Origin: Acanthaster planci
Taxonomy: Eukaryota
Direction of reading: 5' to 3'
Assembly (NCBI RefSeq): GCF_001949145.1
Contig: NW_019091355.1
Span: forward strand, 3,330,646-3,394,645
Length of the DNA: 64,000 bases
Shown one piece after another: positions 34,601 through 46,300 of this stretch (the first letter of the stretch is position 1; every line of letters begins with the position of its first letter). The notes below the pieces were generated by a model. It searched no databases and was not told where the DNA came from. It saw only the letters and a program-made list of their open reading frames with translations. The translations under genes and the position numbers were made by a program.

Positions 34601-37600
34601 TTTGGCGTAGGGGTCTTGGGCCAGGTGAGCATCCAGCACAGCATCACTGACCTGATCGCATAGTTTGTCTGCAAGGGAAAAAAAATGAACACACAAGAAA
34701 ACTGAGTGTCAGAGTTCAAATGAATGCACACAAGATAATCTGAGCTTGTAAGGTCAACTGTGGTGGCATTTTTGAGGGGTGGTTGTAAGGTCAATTGTGG
34801 TAGCATTTTTGAGGGGTGGCAGCCACAATGAAAAGAGGATATTTGGTTGTTTGATTCGCTGTTCAACGCTTTTTGTGTACCAAGCCGAACAATATGCTCC
34901 TGCAGTGGTCCATGTATCTCAACAATAAACCCTTCTTCTTTCCGTGCTAGTGATGCATGAAGAGTTTGGGCAGCCTCAGTAATTATGGTCAGTTTTACAG
35001 TACATGTAGTTGTCAGACCTGATTCTGTGGAATGAGTATTTGTCCAATACGCATTTTGCACGTAAAATCGGAATAACATCTGGTACACTGAGTCATCTGA
35101 TTGCACATAAACATCACAATTTGAAATTCTCAGACTAGATACACTGTTGCCATACCTCATAATTCGGGGACAAGCTTGTTGCATAGCAACCACCATCTCT
35201 GGAATGGACTGGTTCCTTTGTGCCCTCCTTATCCACTGAGAACAGTGTATTAGTGGAAGGCGTCTCTTATGTAACTAAGAAAAAGCTTGCCCTGAATCAC
35301 CAGATATAGCAACAAAGTGGAGTCTTTAGTGTGGAGAATTCAAATTGTTATGTTCACATGAATTCAAAGAACTCAGTGTACCAGATTTTTTTTCAAATTT
35401 AAATCGCAAAAAGCTAAGTAACCAACTGCGTATGTACACAAAATGCGTGGAAGTGAAATGGTCTTTTTCCACATTTTCAATTTGATATTGCACCAGCGGG
35501 GGGAAAAAAGAGTTTCTTTGTGAGGAAAATCATTTAGTCACAGGCAGCCAAGACAAAAAAAACCAGACTATTATTAAAATTATGTTAATTTATTAGAACA
35601 GTGTTGTGTCATGAATACCAGTGGTGGAAGCCAAAAATAACCTTCTGTTATACAATTTGGCGCATAGAATTTTCATACATCACAGACAAGCAGTAAGTTA
35701 CGACTGATTTTAAAAATTATGCAAGCTAATTTACACAGGGTTTGACTCAATCTGAATATTTTTTGTACATGTACGAATAGAAAAAAATTAGCCCAGAAAA
35801 TTCAGGCTTAACAAACCAGACCTGACCCCAAGGGCTTTTGGCAATCGAGCTTTCCCCCTGGTATCATGCAATGTGGCCCACAACTGTCAAGCTCAAATCT
35901 CTCAGGTATGACTTTTTCACAAAGTCCAGATTTCGCATTACTCTGAATTTCAACACTGCAACATCCCCGCTCCGTATTTTCAATGGAATTCCCCAAGTAT
36001 ATTTGCAGGGACACAGCAAAATGCAACTTCCAAGAACCACTGAAACAAAACTTGGCTTAGGTCCAAGTTTTTCAGCAGAAAATACTCTCAATTCAAATTA
36101 CCAGTGCTTGCCATCGGGAAATCCCGCCCCTTCCCTTCAGTGGATGTGAAAGTTATGACTGGCTTTAAAAAGTGTGACAGTTCACTGACACAGGATTTGA
36201 CTCCCAATCGTAGTACTTTTTGTACATGTATGACTAGAAAAAAAGTTGCCCAGAAAATTCAGGCTTAACAATCTTGGCAATCAAGCTTTCCTCTGGTACC
36301 ATGCAATGTGGCTCACAACCGTCCAGCTCTAATCTCCCTAATAATGAGGACAAACACCGCTTTTCTGCCTTTATGTACCTCCCAGGAACGCTATTACATA
36401 ACCTCCACCCTTTAGGCCAACAGCACCTGGAAAACTTGATGACCACTCAAGGGGAAGGTGCTGTAGACAGCAAGGATAAAGCCCAACCAGAAAATGGGAA
36501 AGATCACAAGTAGACTACTGTGGATGAACCAAACTGAAGGCGCAAAGGATTTTGGAACACTGAGAAAATCCAATAGATTTTTCTTACACTTTCACACTGA
36601 CACTGTGTGGTAGGCTAACTTACAGATCATGTATCTGCTCAAGAGTTGAACAGATACCAGTAAGAAAACCCTGAAATTGTCTGCCAATGACAACTGGTAA
36701 GAAAAGGGATAGGGCATCATTCATGATGAGTTCTTGCCATGAATAAACAGAGGATAAGTAAGATGAGTCATAGTAGAATGTGATAACTGTAAACAAACCA
36801 TGTAGGCACAGGGTAAAGGTAGGTTCCCATGTGTATGATGAGGAATGCACGGGACCAGTTCTATTGAAATGTACCAGACTGGGTCACAACATGCCCTCCT
36901 GCAAGAAAGCTTCTTTGCACAAGCACACACATGCTGAGAGGGACACACCATAGCTGATATGACTGTTTTTCACAAAGTCCAGATTTCACATCACTCTGAA
37001 TTTCGACACTGCAAAATCCCTACTCCGTATTTTCAATGGAATTCCCTGAGTATATTTGCAGGGACACAGCAACAAGCAACTTCCCAGAATCGCTGAAACA
37101 AAAAACCTGGCTCATGTCCAAGCTCATGTCTCCAACAGAAAATGCTTTCAATTCAAATTACCAATGACTTGCCACCGGGAAATCCCACCCCAGTTCAGTG
37201 GATTTGAGCCAAGAAAAGTAAGTGGGAAAAAAAGGCCCACTGCCGGACATATTTCATAAAGAAACACACCTATCTAACTGCCAACATTTCCACAAGAAGA
37301 TTACTTTTGACCCATAAAGAAGACATTACATCATCATCATCATCTTTGGTTTTACATCCTTCTTTCCCTACAAGCAGGAGTTGGACAGGTCCTCCCTATA
37401 CTTGGCTTCACTTGCCGAGGGGGTCTTACTGNNNNNNNNNNNNNNNNNNNNNNNNNNNNNNNNNNNNNNNNNNNNNNNNNNNNNNNNNNNNNNNNNNNNN
37501 NNNNNNNNNNNNNNNNNNNNNNNNNNNNNNNNNNNNNNNNNNNNNNNNNNNNNNNNNNNNNNNNNNNNNNNNNNNNNNNNNNNNNNNNNNNNNNNNNNNN

Positions 37601-39459
37601 NNNNNNNNNNNNNNNNNNNNNNNNNNNNNNNNNNNNNNNNNNNNNNNNNNNNNNNNNNNNNNNNNNNNNNNNNNNNNNNNNNNNNNNNNNNNNNNNNNNN
37701 NNNNNNNNNNNNNNNNNNNNNNNNNNNNNNNNNNNNNNNNNNNNNNNNNNNNNNNNNNNNNNNNNNNNNNNNNNNNNNNNNNNNNNNNNNNNNNNNNNNN
37801 NNNNNNNNNNNNNNNNNNNNNNNNNNNNNNNNNNNNNNNNNNNNNNNNNNNNNNNNNNNNNNNNNNNNNNNNNNNNNNNNNNNNNNNNNNNNNNNNNNNN
37901 NNNNNNNNNNNNNNNNNNNNNNNNNNNNNNNNNNNNTTGTCTTTCCGTCGTTTCTTATAGCATCCACGGGGAATCAGCTGTTATATGCTACTGTGGGTCA
38001 TGGGTCATTGCAGTCAGCAACGACTGTTGCACATCCTTGCTGTAATAACATGCTTTATGCTTAGTTTGATGAGATTCCATTGATAAATACACCACTGACA
38101 AGAACAGTCCTTGGTAAATCTCTGTGCATGCACTATGCTTGACCCACAGCAGAATACGCCAGCCATCACAGAAGTTTTAGGCCAACAATGTTCAAAATTT
38201 GCCTTGATACTGTAAGACGACTGGAGGCTGAAGGGTACAAAAACGGAAAGAGTTCCATACACGGACACCGTCTGACACCATCTACACCCTGTGCACAAAC
38301 CCTATGAGACTGATCTAGAAAATTCCATGTATTTTCAAAGTAAATGTTTCAACATTTTCACAGCCATAATTGACTTTTTTCACTTTCCGATGACTAATAA
38401 ACCACTGCAAGAGAAAATCAGTGATGTTTGCATGTGGGAGTCTTATCCAGAAAACAATTTTTAGTGGCCGGCGACATTGTCAATATATGCCATGTTGACT
38501 TTTAAGCTCGAAGAAAAATCCCAAAACTCATTCTCAGTGACCTTAGTAACAGGGACTCTTTACATATAAAGCGAATTGGTATTGTGTGCCTCAATAAAGA
38601 GACAGTCTGGTAAAAAAACCACATTATGGGGCTCAGTTAAAAATGGAGCACTAATCACCACCATGAGCTAGGCACCCCCTAGTATATCACAAGAGAAAGA
38701 CTATATCACGAGAAAAATTTCATCAGTTTCTTCATTTTGTGATAAAATTTATTTCTAGCGATTCTTGCTATGCATCTACATTTAAAACCCACAGCTCAGG
38801 CAGACTACATGTGAGAAAATTTGGAAACAAATATTCCTGACAAGAGAGTTGGTAGCAACAAGCAAAGTTGAATTTTTTTGCCACAGTGCTCTCTATAGTA
38901 TCTACAGTTCTCATGGCTCATCACAACTTAAGTTTTGTAAAAACCTTACAACGCTAAAAGTAAGTAGGTCCTTGCTAAGCCTAACATTATTCACTTTTGT
39001 GCGTGCCCTCAGAAATTTCACCTTAGTTTAGCCTTGGTTTGTTGTTTGTGGTTATGCTAGGCTGCATAAAACAGTAACAAAAATTGAAATGTTTCCATGT
39101 CATTCAGCCCCAATTCATGTTTCTTTTTCTCCTCACTGTTGTGATATTAGACGAGGTTACCTAACAGTCGTGTAAAACAGCTAATATACCGCGCTCCTGC
39201 AGTTAACGTAGCCAAGGTCAATGAACGCAATGTCAACAATGGGACTTGAAACAAGAGTGAAGACATGTGACAAAACGTCCGCGAAACAAGGCTAAAATTT
39301 CGCTTTTAACACACCTAAAATAAGATTCCAAATCAAGTGGCAACAAAAACACATTAACATCTTACCAGGATGCCCCTCTCCAACAGATTCTGAGGTGAAC
39401 AGAAATGTATTTTCGTCGTCCATGTCCACACAGTTGTGATTTTGCTCCGCCATCGGCAT
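25693..39459 (-). CDS. MAT2A: S-adenosylmethionine synthase (methionine adenosyltransferase, MAT1A/MAT2A family), 395 aa
   Basis: Nine GT-AG exons: 39459-39366, 34668-34591, 33902-33780, 33294-33182, 31155-31012, 30634-30427, 30280-30087, 27052-26919, 25792-25693 (1188 nt, in frame). Signatures [69 protein letters not shown]. The symbol is family-level; an invertebrate gene is co-orthologous to MAT1A and MAT2A. Confidence 0.97.
27610..27783. mobile_element. hAT-like MITE in MAT intron 7
   Basis: Perfect 13-bp TIR CAGGGGTGAGATT / AATCTCACCCCTG; interior has many AGCTGAA subterminal motifs. Confidence 0.75.
29609..29653. repeat. 23-bp tandem duplication
   Basis: GCCACTGTGGCAGTTTCAATTT repeated twice. 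Confidence 0.85.
35733..37208. repeat. Tandem duplication of a ~450-bp unit in MAT intron 1; second copy interrupted by ~620 bp
   Basis: 35733-35902 matches 36188-36337, and 35908-36149 matches 36959-37208 (e.g. TTTTCACAAAGTCCAGATTTC, TATATTTGCAGGGACACAGCAA). Confidence 0.88.
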
Positions 39460-39539
39460 TGGGAAATCAGAGTGTTTACAAGCACGTTGTGTGCAGCGTC
39501 GTAGATACTTCAAGTTCACTGGCTGCGATCCGCCAACCA

Positions 39540-40330
39540 AAAGACCGGCGGACGGTGAGTGCTCGATTTATGTGGCCATCTCTTCCACAACGAGGTGCAA
39601 ATAACGAGGGTCCTGATTGGCTGGGTGACAATCAGTCACTATTTGCTAAATTTCATATCTACAAAAAATACAACAAAGACCCTATTTTATAATATATATT
39701 TAATATGAAATTTAAGTTACCTAAAATAGAAACTTTTATTCAAGTTCTTAAAAAATTATAAATATTAGTAGGTAATTTGTAATAAAAAACGTTATTAGTG
39801 TTTATAAGAGCCGAGTCATTGAACGGGCAAACCATTAATAATTGTAGGTGAGACTGCAAATTAGATTCTGAGGGACGGTTCAACGAGCACAAAAATCTTC
39901 AAGTCAAGTCTGGCCCAGTTTTTTGTTTGCTATTTGTAGAGACTCGCATAGGGGCAAACGCTTCTCTACTTCTGTTTAGTTTGAAATGAAAAAGAAATAA
40001 TGTGGTTTGCTTATGCCGTTATCCCTTTACTGAGAGCTGGCAAATTATCTTGTGCAGAACTTTGTGAAGGAAATGAACCAACTACTGCGCAGCCCCAGTA
40101 CTGATCTCCACAAACTGATGGACGTTCCTAGATCCTGTGCACTTGATTACATCATGGAGGAATGATTACATGTACACGTATATTGAGGGGAAAAACGAGC
40201 GCATTATGTGTACCCGTCATGCATGTCCTGTACATTACTGATGATATGCTGAAGTTCATGGCTTTTGCGTTGGGTGTTTCGATAGTGTGAGGTCTCGTGA
40301 CGCGGGAATTAGAGCACATACACACAACCA
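39540..40330. promoter_or_regulatory. Short divergent promoter region shared by MAT and UBXN8
   Basis: Start codons are ~875 bp apart, head-to-head. MAT side: CATAAA TATA-like (39567-39572, minus strand), CCAAT (39616-39620, minus strand) and local CpG enrichment. UBXN8 side: CpG cluster with TCTCGTGACGCG at ~40294. Confidence 0.6.
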
Positions 40331-40334
40331 GCAT

Positions 40335-43300
40335 ATGGCCAAGAAGGCAGAAATCATGTGTCAACTTAATCAAGGTCAACATCAAACCAGTACCGGCACT
40401 CATGGCAGTTCTGGCTGGTCATTGGTGTGTACAGTTACTGTTGTGATGACACTTTCAGTTTTCTTTCAACTCGGTAAGGGCATGTTGCCGTGGTCAGGTG
40501 GTTACTTAGGCCTATGCTGTAAGTTAAGGGATGATTAATGGACGTGGACATGATGGAGGAATCCAATACGGCCTAGACCTACATCATCACATGTAACAAT
40601 AAATAAGAATATATGAACCGCATTGGACACCATCATGATTTCGTGCAGTCTTTTATCATGTTTATGGTCTTGATCTGATGATATCACGGTTAAAATTTGT
40701 CCCAACTTGACTCAGACCAATATAGTATTCCCCCCCCCCCGAATTGTGGGTTCAATGTCTTCCATACTCCCTCAGCCATGACACCGGACGTTGAACCCCA
40801 CAGTTCTGGGGGTAACCAGTGTCCATGCATCACGTCGTACGTGTCCTTGTGTGGGTCACAGTAGGCCGGGGTGGTTATTCATAAAGAATGTTGATGATGT
40901 TGGGCACATTTGGCCAATCTGTGTGACATCAAGTAGTTCTACGCAATTGATCCTGCAAGAAATCTCCAACTTAATTTCCCCATTTTGAATTAATCAATCT
41001 GTCACAACCAGGAGTTAGGCTTCAAAAGTAAAGGTGACTGCAGAATTATCAATAATTTGTGCAAAGATATTGACTGATCGTGCAAAGACTGGGCGATTAC
41101 ACACATGGACCGATCGTGCCCAACAGTGACACTACGTTAAATTCAACGGGAATGTTCTCAACTGGCATGACTCTTTTTTTCCGGTTCTCTTGACCTATAT
41201 TCTCATAAATGTTCTGAATATGAAGATTTGTTATCATGGTGGGGTATAAATCCTTCGGAACAACCCAAAATAATCAATATGATTGTTGTAAGATGAAAAG
41301 AAACCTTTTTAGCAGCCCTTGGGGATGGGTTCTCAACACGAGTTGTGCTGCATCATTGCAAAGATTTCTGAAACCAATGACATCCCAAAGGCTGTAACAG
41401 ACAATAGTTTACAAGTAGAGAACATGTGATTTTCTATTTCCCTGGGATAGTCCCCAGTAAGTGGAATGCCTTTTTCCTGCTCGTGTGGTGTGATGTTTGC
41501 TTGATAGCAGGAAGCCTGGTCAAGTGATCAGTGATCAGCTCCGTTTAGGAGCTCAAATGCTACTCCTAGCCCCGCCGCCCCTGACAGGCCTGAGTTGCCT
41601 GAAGCTCGCGATAATGTGAACATGTACTTACATGTAGATTTCCTAGGCTGATGTTCATCAAGGGTATGGGCCGAACCAAAGTTTACAACTTAAAAATAAA
41701 GAGTAGAAAGTTTAGTAAAAATTTCAAAGTTCCTCCTCCGTTTAAACAAAACAATCCTGGATGATGGACTCTTTTTTTACTTTGTGATAATTCTGGATGC
41801 ATTCTTTGGATTCAAAGACAAACTTCTTTTCTTTCCTTTTTTTGGCATGGGAAATTGATTGGTCTAGAGTGATTTCTCTTCAGGGAATTTTGTTGTAGAA
41901 TTAATAGTCGGGCATCCATCGTGAACACTACAGGTTCATGTGACTGGTGCTGGGTACTTGTGAAACCTTATTTTATTTAAAAAAAAACTCACACTTCTCA
42001 AGCAATCAGTAGAAATTTTATACCCTAGCCTGAGAAATTAGCCACCTAAATTGCATCCTCATTTTGATTAACTGCATTACTGCCAAGGTACAAAAACACA
42101 GGGTTCACACTTAAAATGGCCGTGTGTTTGACAGGGCATTCTCTTGTGCCAGTCCCACGCATTATGCTGGCTCTCAGGTAACTTGTACCGGGTAACTAGT
42201 CTTACCCAGTTTTATCCAGATCAGTGTTTATCGTGTTTGGAAGTCCAATGTAATCAGCTGTATCTGCTAGGCTTCCACAAACTGAAAGCAGGTCATTCCT
42301 CCTGTACAGTTCAGTTTAATACTTTGTTAACTCAAGTGTTCCTAATCTGATTTTGTCCAAGTCTTGCCTTGTGGCACGGTTGAATTTGAATATTCATTAT
42401 TTGGAAATGGACACCACGACGTACATGTACGTGTGGTTGTGCAGAAGTCGGGCTCTGAAAAATCGACTTCAATTTGCATTTGTATGGAAATACTGTTTAT
42501 TTACTTGTCCCGACTTGTACATCGTTGCGTAGTCGTCGTGCCCTCCATGTGCTTGTGCATGTTGACAAAGAGCCCTGCCATTATCTGTTGGTGTCTGGAG
42601 CAGACCAGTTTGGCCGTATTTGAAGAAAAGATCGGGCTTAATTCTGACCAATCTGTGTCTATTTTTCGCCACCCCAGATGTGTCGGCCATTGTGCGGGCC
42701 ATATCCCTGTGCCTTCTCACCTTGGGCCTGTTCACATTTGTTCTGTACCTGGTCGGTGACAGACTTGAAGCGGGTTGGAAGTGGTTCTTTCAACGACAAA
42801 AGTATCAGGAAAAAAAGGGCTCAGGTAACCTTTCAAATATATTTACTCCCCAACATATCGGTATCCTTATACACTGTGTTCAAATATCAAGCAATCAATC
42901 TAATTATTAATTAAACCCTCAGTGGGAAAAAAAATCAATATCTGTACCCTTCAAAAATATTCTTGCATTCATTACAAAACGCTTTATCATTCAAATCAAA
43001 TAATATACATTAGATCCAAAGTCAATTTGGCTTCCTTTTTCAGTGCCGAAGGTTTTACAAAAGTTTGAAGCATTTGGGTGCAAAAACTTTGACATGAAAT
43101 TTGTACCCCAAGTTAGGTCTCAAATTTTATAAGTAGAAAACTTCAATTCTTTGGTCACATGAAAATAAAGAATTCTAGGCTGCCCAGTGTAAGTGCTACA
43201 TTATGAAGTTGGCCTGCCAATTCGCAAGAGGCTTGTCCCTCTGTTTTTCTACTGAAGTAGTCAACATCAATTCAGCACTGATATTGTAGCATTTATCTTG

Positions 43301-46300
43301 TCAGATATTACCGTTCCAACAGATGTAACAAGATAAGATTAAGGCCTTCGAAGAATTGCAACGTGACAAATTATTGTTTGCCAATTATTACTGTATTCAT
43401 GAAATGAGCATTGAATTTATGAGCAAGGCACCTACACTGTGCATAAGGGAGCAGCCACGATGACATGGCAGTTTTCTGAAGTGGCTTTTATGTGTATGTA
43501 CATGTACATCTGTACATGTACAGTCATTGCATTGTCAACACTGTATACCTGTATGTACATGTACTTTTACTCAACCCCTTTATTAACATATTATGTTTCC
43601 CTTTGCATTCAGAGTTTTTTGCCCCTATCGATGATTGATATCCATCTTTTTGGACTACCGGTACCCTGCAAGTTAGGGACAGAAAATTTAGAGATGAAAT
43701 TTTAGCTTTTTGTTGATTGCGTATGTGTGTGTGCAAGGGGGGGAGGGTTACCCACTCATTGGTGCAGTCCCACATTTGCAGCTGTCCATAAAGTAACTAA
43801 CAAAATTGTTGTTGAAAAGCATACTGGGTTCAAGGACAGTCCCTGGGTAAAAGCTCCCTGTGGAACAACTGTCCCAGGCTACATGTAGCTGTCATTTGGA
43901 AGAAAGCAATGAAAGAAGGCCACTCCCAACGGTGTGGCTAAAGACGCAGTTTGGGAACTTGCCGCTAGTAGTTTGTTTTTCATTCAGTGAAGCTGAAGGA
44001 CAGCATGTCGGGGATGCTGCATCTTGGCACAATTCGTAACATGACTCAGCAAATTTTGATTTGAAATTGAGACCGTGGAGTATTGTTTGTCATGGAACGG
44101 GCACCATCAGTTAGCTCTAACTTGGTGAGGTTAGTTAAAAAACACCCTTCTTTGGCTTTTTTTTGCCGCAAAACAAACATGCTCCACTAATGACAAGGTA
44201 CAGACTGTACCTTTAACTATTCTGGGCTCATACAGTTGCTGACACATAAATCAAAAAGTTGGCACATGTTTTGGGGTTTTGCGCAAACATAATTCCTGTG
44301 AAGTTTCTGAATATAATATGAAGGAATAAAAACAATGGAATAAGAATACTGGCTTCTTGGAAAACCAAAATCCCAGGGGTTCTGCCCAAGATATATTGTT
44401 TGACAGTCCATTGGTACGAGAATTAAATAAGCCCTTGAAGCACACTTAAAAAAATGATAATCCAGCTACTGAACTTGGAAGCACATTTGATCAAAAAGTG
44501 GCAGTTTAAGAACTCAGTTCTTAAACTGAAGGATGTTCCCTGTGAATTATTTTTTCTGTCATCACAAACATAATTTTTTGTCTCGGAAAAAGCACTCATT
44601 TGTGAATGTTGCTGTGAAATACATACATGTTCCTGTAACCATATTCTAAGAATGCCTTGTCCAAATTGCCTGAATCGACGCTGAATCATAAAAATGGACG
44701 TGTCAAGTTTCATCAGTTAAATTCTTTATCGTGACCCCCACAAGATCCAAAGGGGGCAGATCTCCACCCCTCCCCCTAAGCTGTGATATTGGGCAGGAGG
44801 GGGAATCAGGACAGTCACAGAGAATGTATTCCTGGATGGGGGCGGGGGGAGATTACTGGAGTGTATTGAAGATTGTTCAACTGAGGTGTATTTGTTTGGC
44901 ACATTGTTTGGCATCAGGGCTATCAGCAGAGGAGTTATCCCATCAACAGAGGGCAGTATGCGAGAGAATCCAGAATGAATACAATGAGAAGGTAAAAATA
45001 ATACTGCCAGGGCTAATAGGTTTTTTTTAATCTGTTCACTGTAGGCAGTGATTGTCTGCTTATTCTACATGTAGCAGCACGTTGTGCAATAAAGTATTCT
45101 GTCGCAGTTTGTCAAAGAATTTTCACTTTTGTTTATCATGCGTACATCCTTCAGCGACATTGTTAACCAAAAATTTCGGTGCTCATGCTGTTTTTCTGAG
45201 AATGGTCATACTAAGTGCTTAATGATGTGGTTGACAAAGCTATCAATTTGGGTACAGGTGTGATCATATCCCTCACTGAGTTTGTATCGTGTTTGCTGGA
45301 TTAACTATCTGTTTCTCTGATTTTAACAAAATCAATATCTAGTGTGCATTCCACACAAAACTTGGCCCAAGTTTAGACGAAATTTCCCATTAGCATTGGG
45401 TGTATTACAGTGAAAGTCATTCAGGAATTTGGCAGTGTTTGCATTGGAGCACAGCTCAGTGCTCAGCCCATTTTCTGTGAATTGGAGGCTTCCAGGTATG
45501 AAGCGGAAGTCGCGAGGCCGAGACGGGAAGCAAAGAAGGCTCAGCTGGAGAGGGAGTTCTACAAGTTTGCTGGACCGGCCTGGAAAGGGGGTGCCCGGAG
45601 TCTAGACGTGAGTAAGATCCTCAGTTCAGTATCATGCCAAAGGGGAGACTCCAAATGCAGCGTGTCACCGACTGGCTACCGCAGAGGGGCCAGCTTCACA
45701 GCAAATGTGGATGAATTCAGCTGCGTTTCACGGGACATTCCCGATGGCCCCCACCTATGGCAGAAAGCACTGTGTCTTGGAAAGCTGGCTTGGTAGGGTA
45801 GTTAACGTGTACCGCAATGCTTTCCGCCTTTGGTGGGGAGCCTCTGCAAATGGTCAGCGAAAGCATAACCATGTTCACAGGATTCGTTTACAGGAAACCG
45901 GTTGGCAAGTGGTATTCCATTTCCATGTGGACTCTGCAAATTTCTTCTGGGCTACATGCTACATGTACACGAAAAGAGAATTTTTGTGCGTGAACAACGA
46001 TGAATGTATTGAAGCTCTAAATGCGTTAATGTTCGCGTGATATAGTATACAAATATTGACTGGTGTCGTAAAACTAGCACCTTGAGGTGGTCCCTGGAGC
46101 ATTCTATTTCCCAAGGCAAAACTGAGGGCAAATGGAATGCCCCATGTATCACCAAGGGATTGGTCAATCCAAAATGCTTCCTTTTTCCACAGATGTGCAC
46201 TCAGTGTACTGGAACCGACACACAATAAGCCATGAACTTGAAACGACAAAAACATCGAAACCCTGTGTCGGATTGATTTTTGTTTGGGTCACTTCACATT

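Noticed and set aside
34534..35196. 220-aa ORF in MAT intron 1
   Set aside because: Overlaps exon 2 out of frame and has no domain or codon bias; likely chance.
39460..39540. In-frame non-AUG N-terminal extension of MAT
   Set aside because: It starts at about the inferred transcription start, and the AUG start already gives the canonical 395 aa.
43495..43565. Clustered TACATGTA palindromes
   Set aside because: The motif is frequent throughout the window and looks like a genome-wide compositional trait, not a local element.
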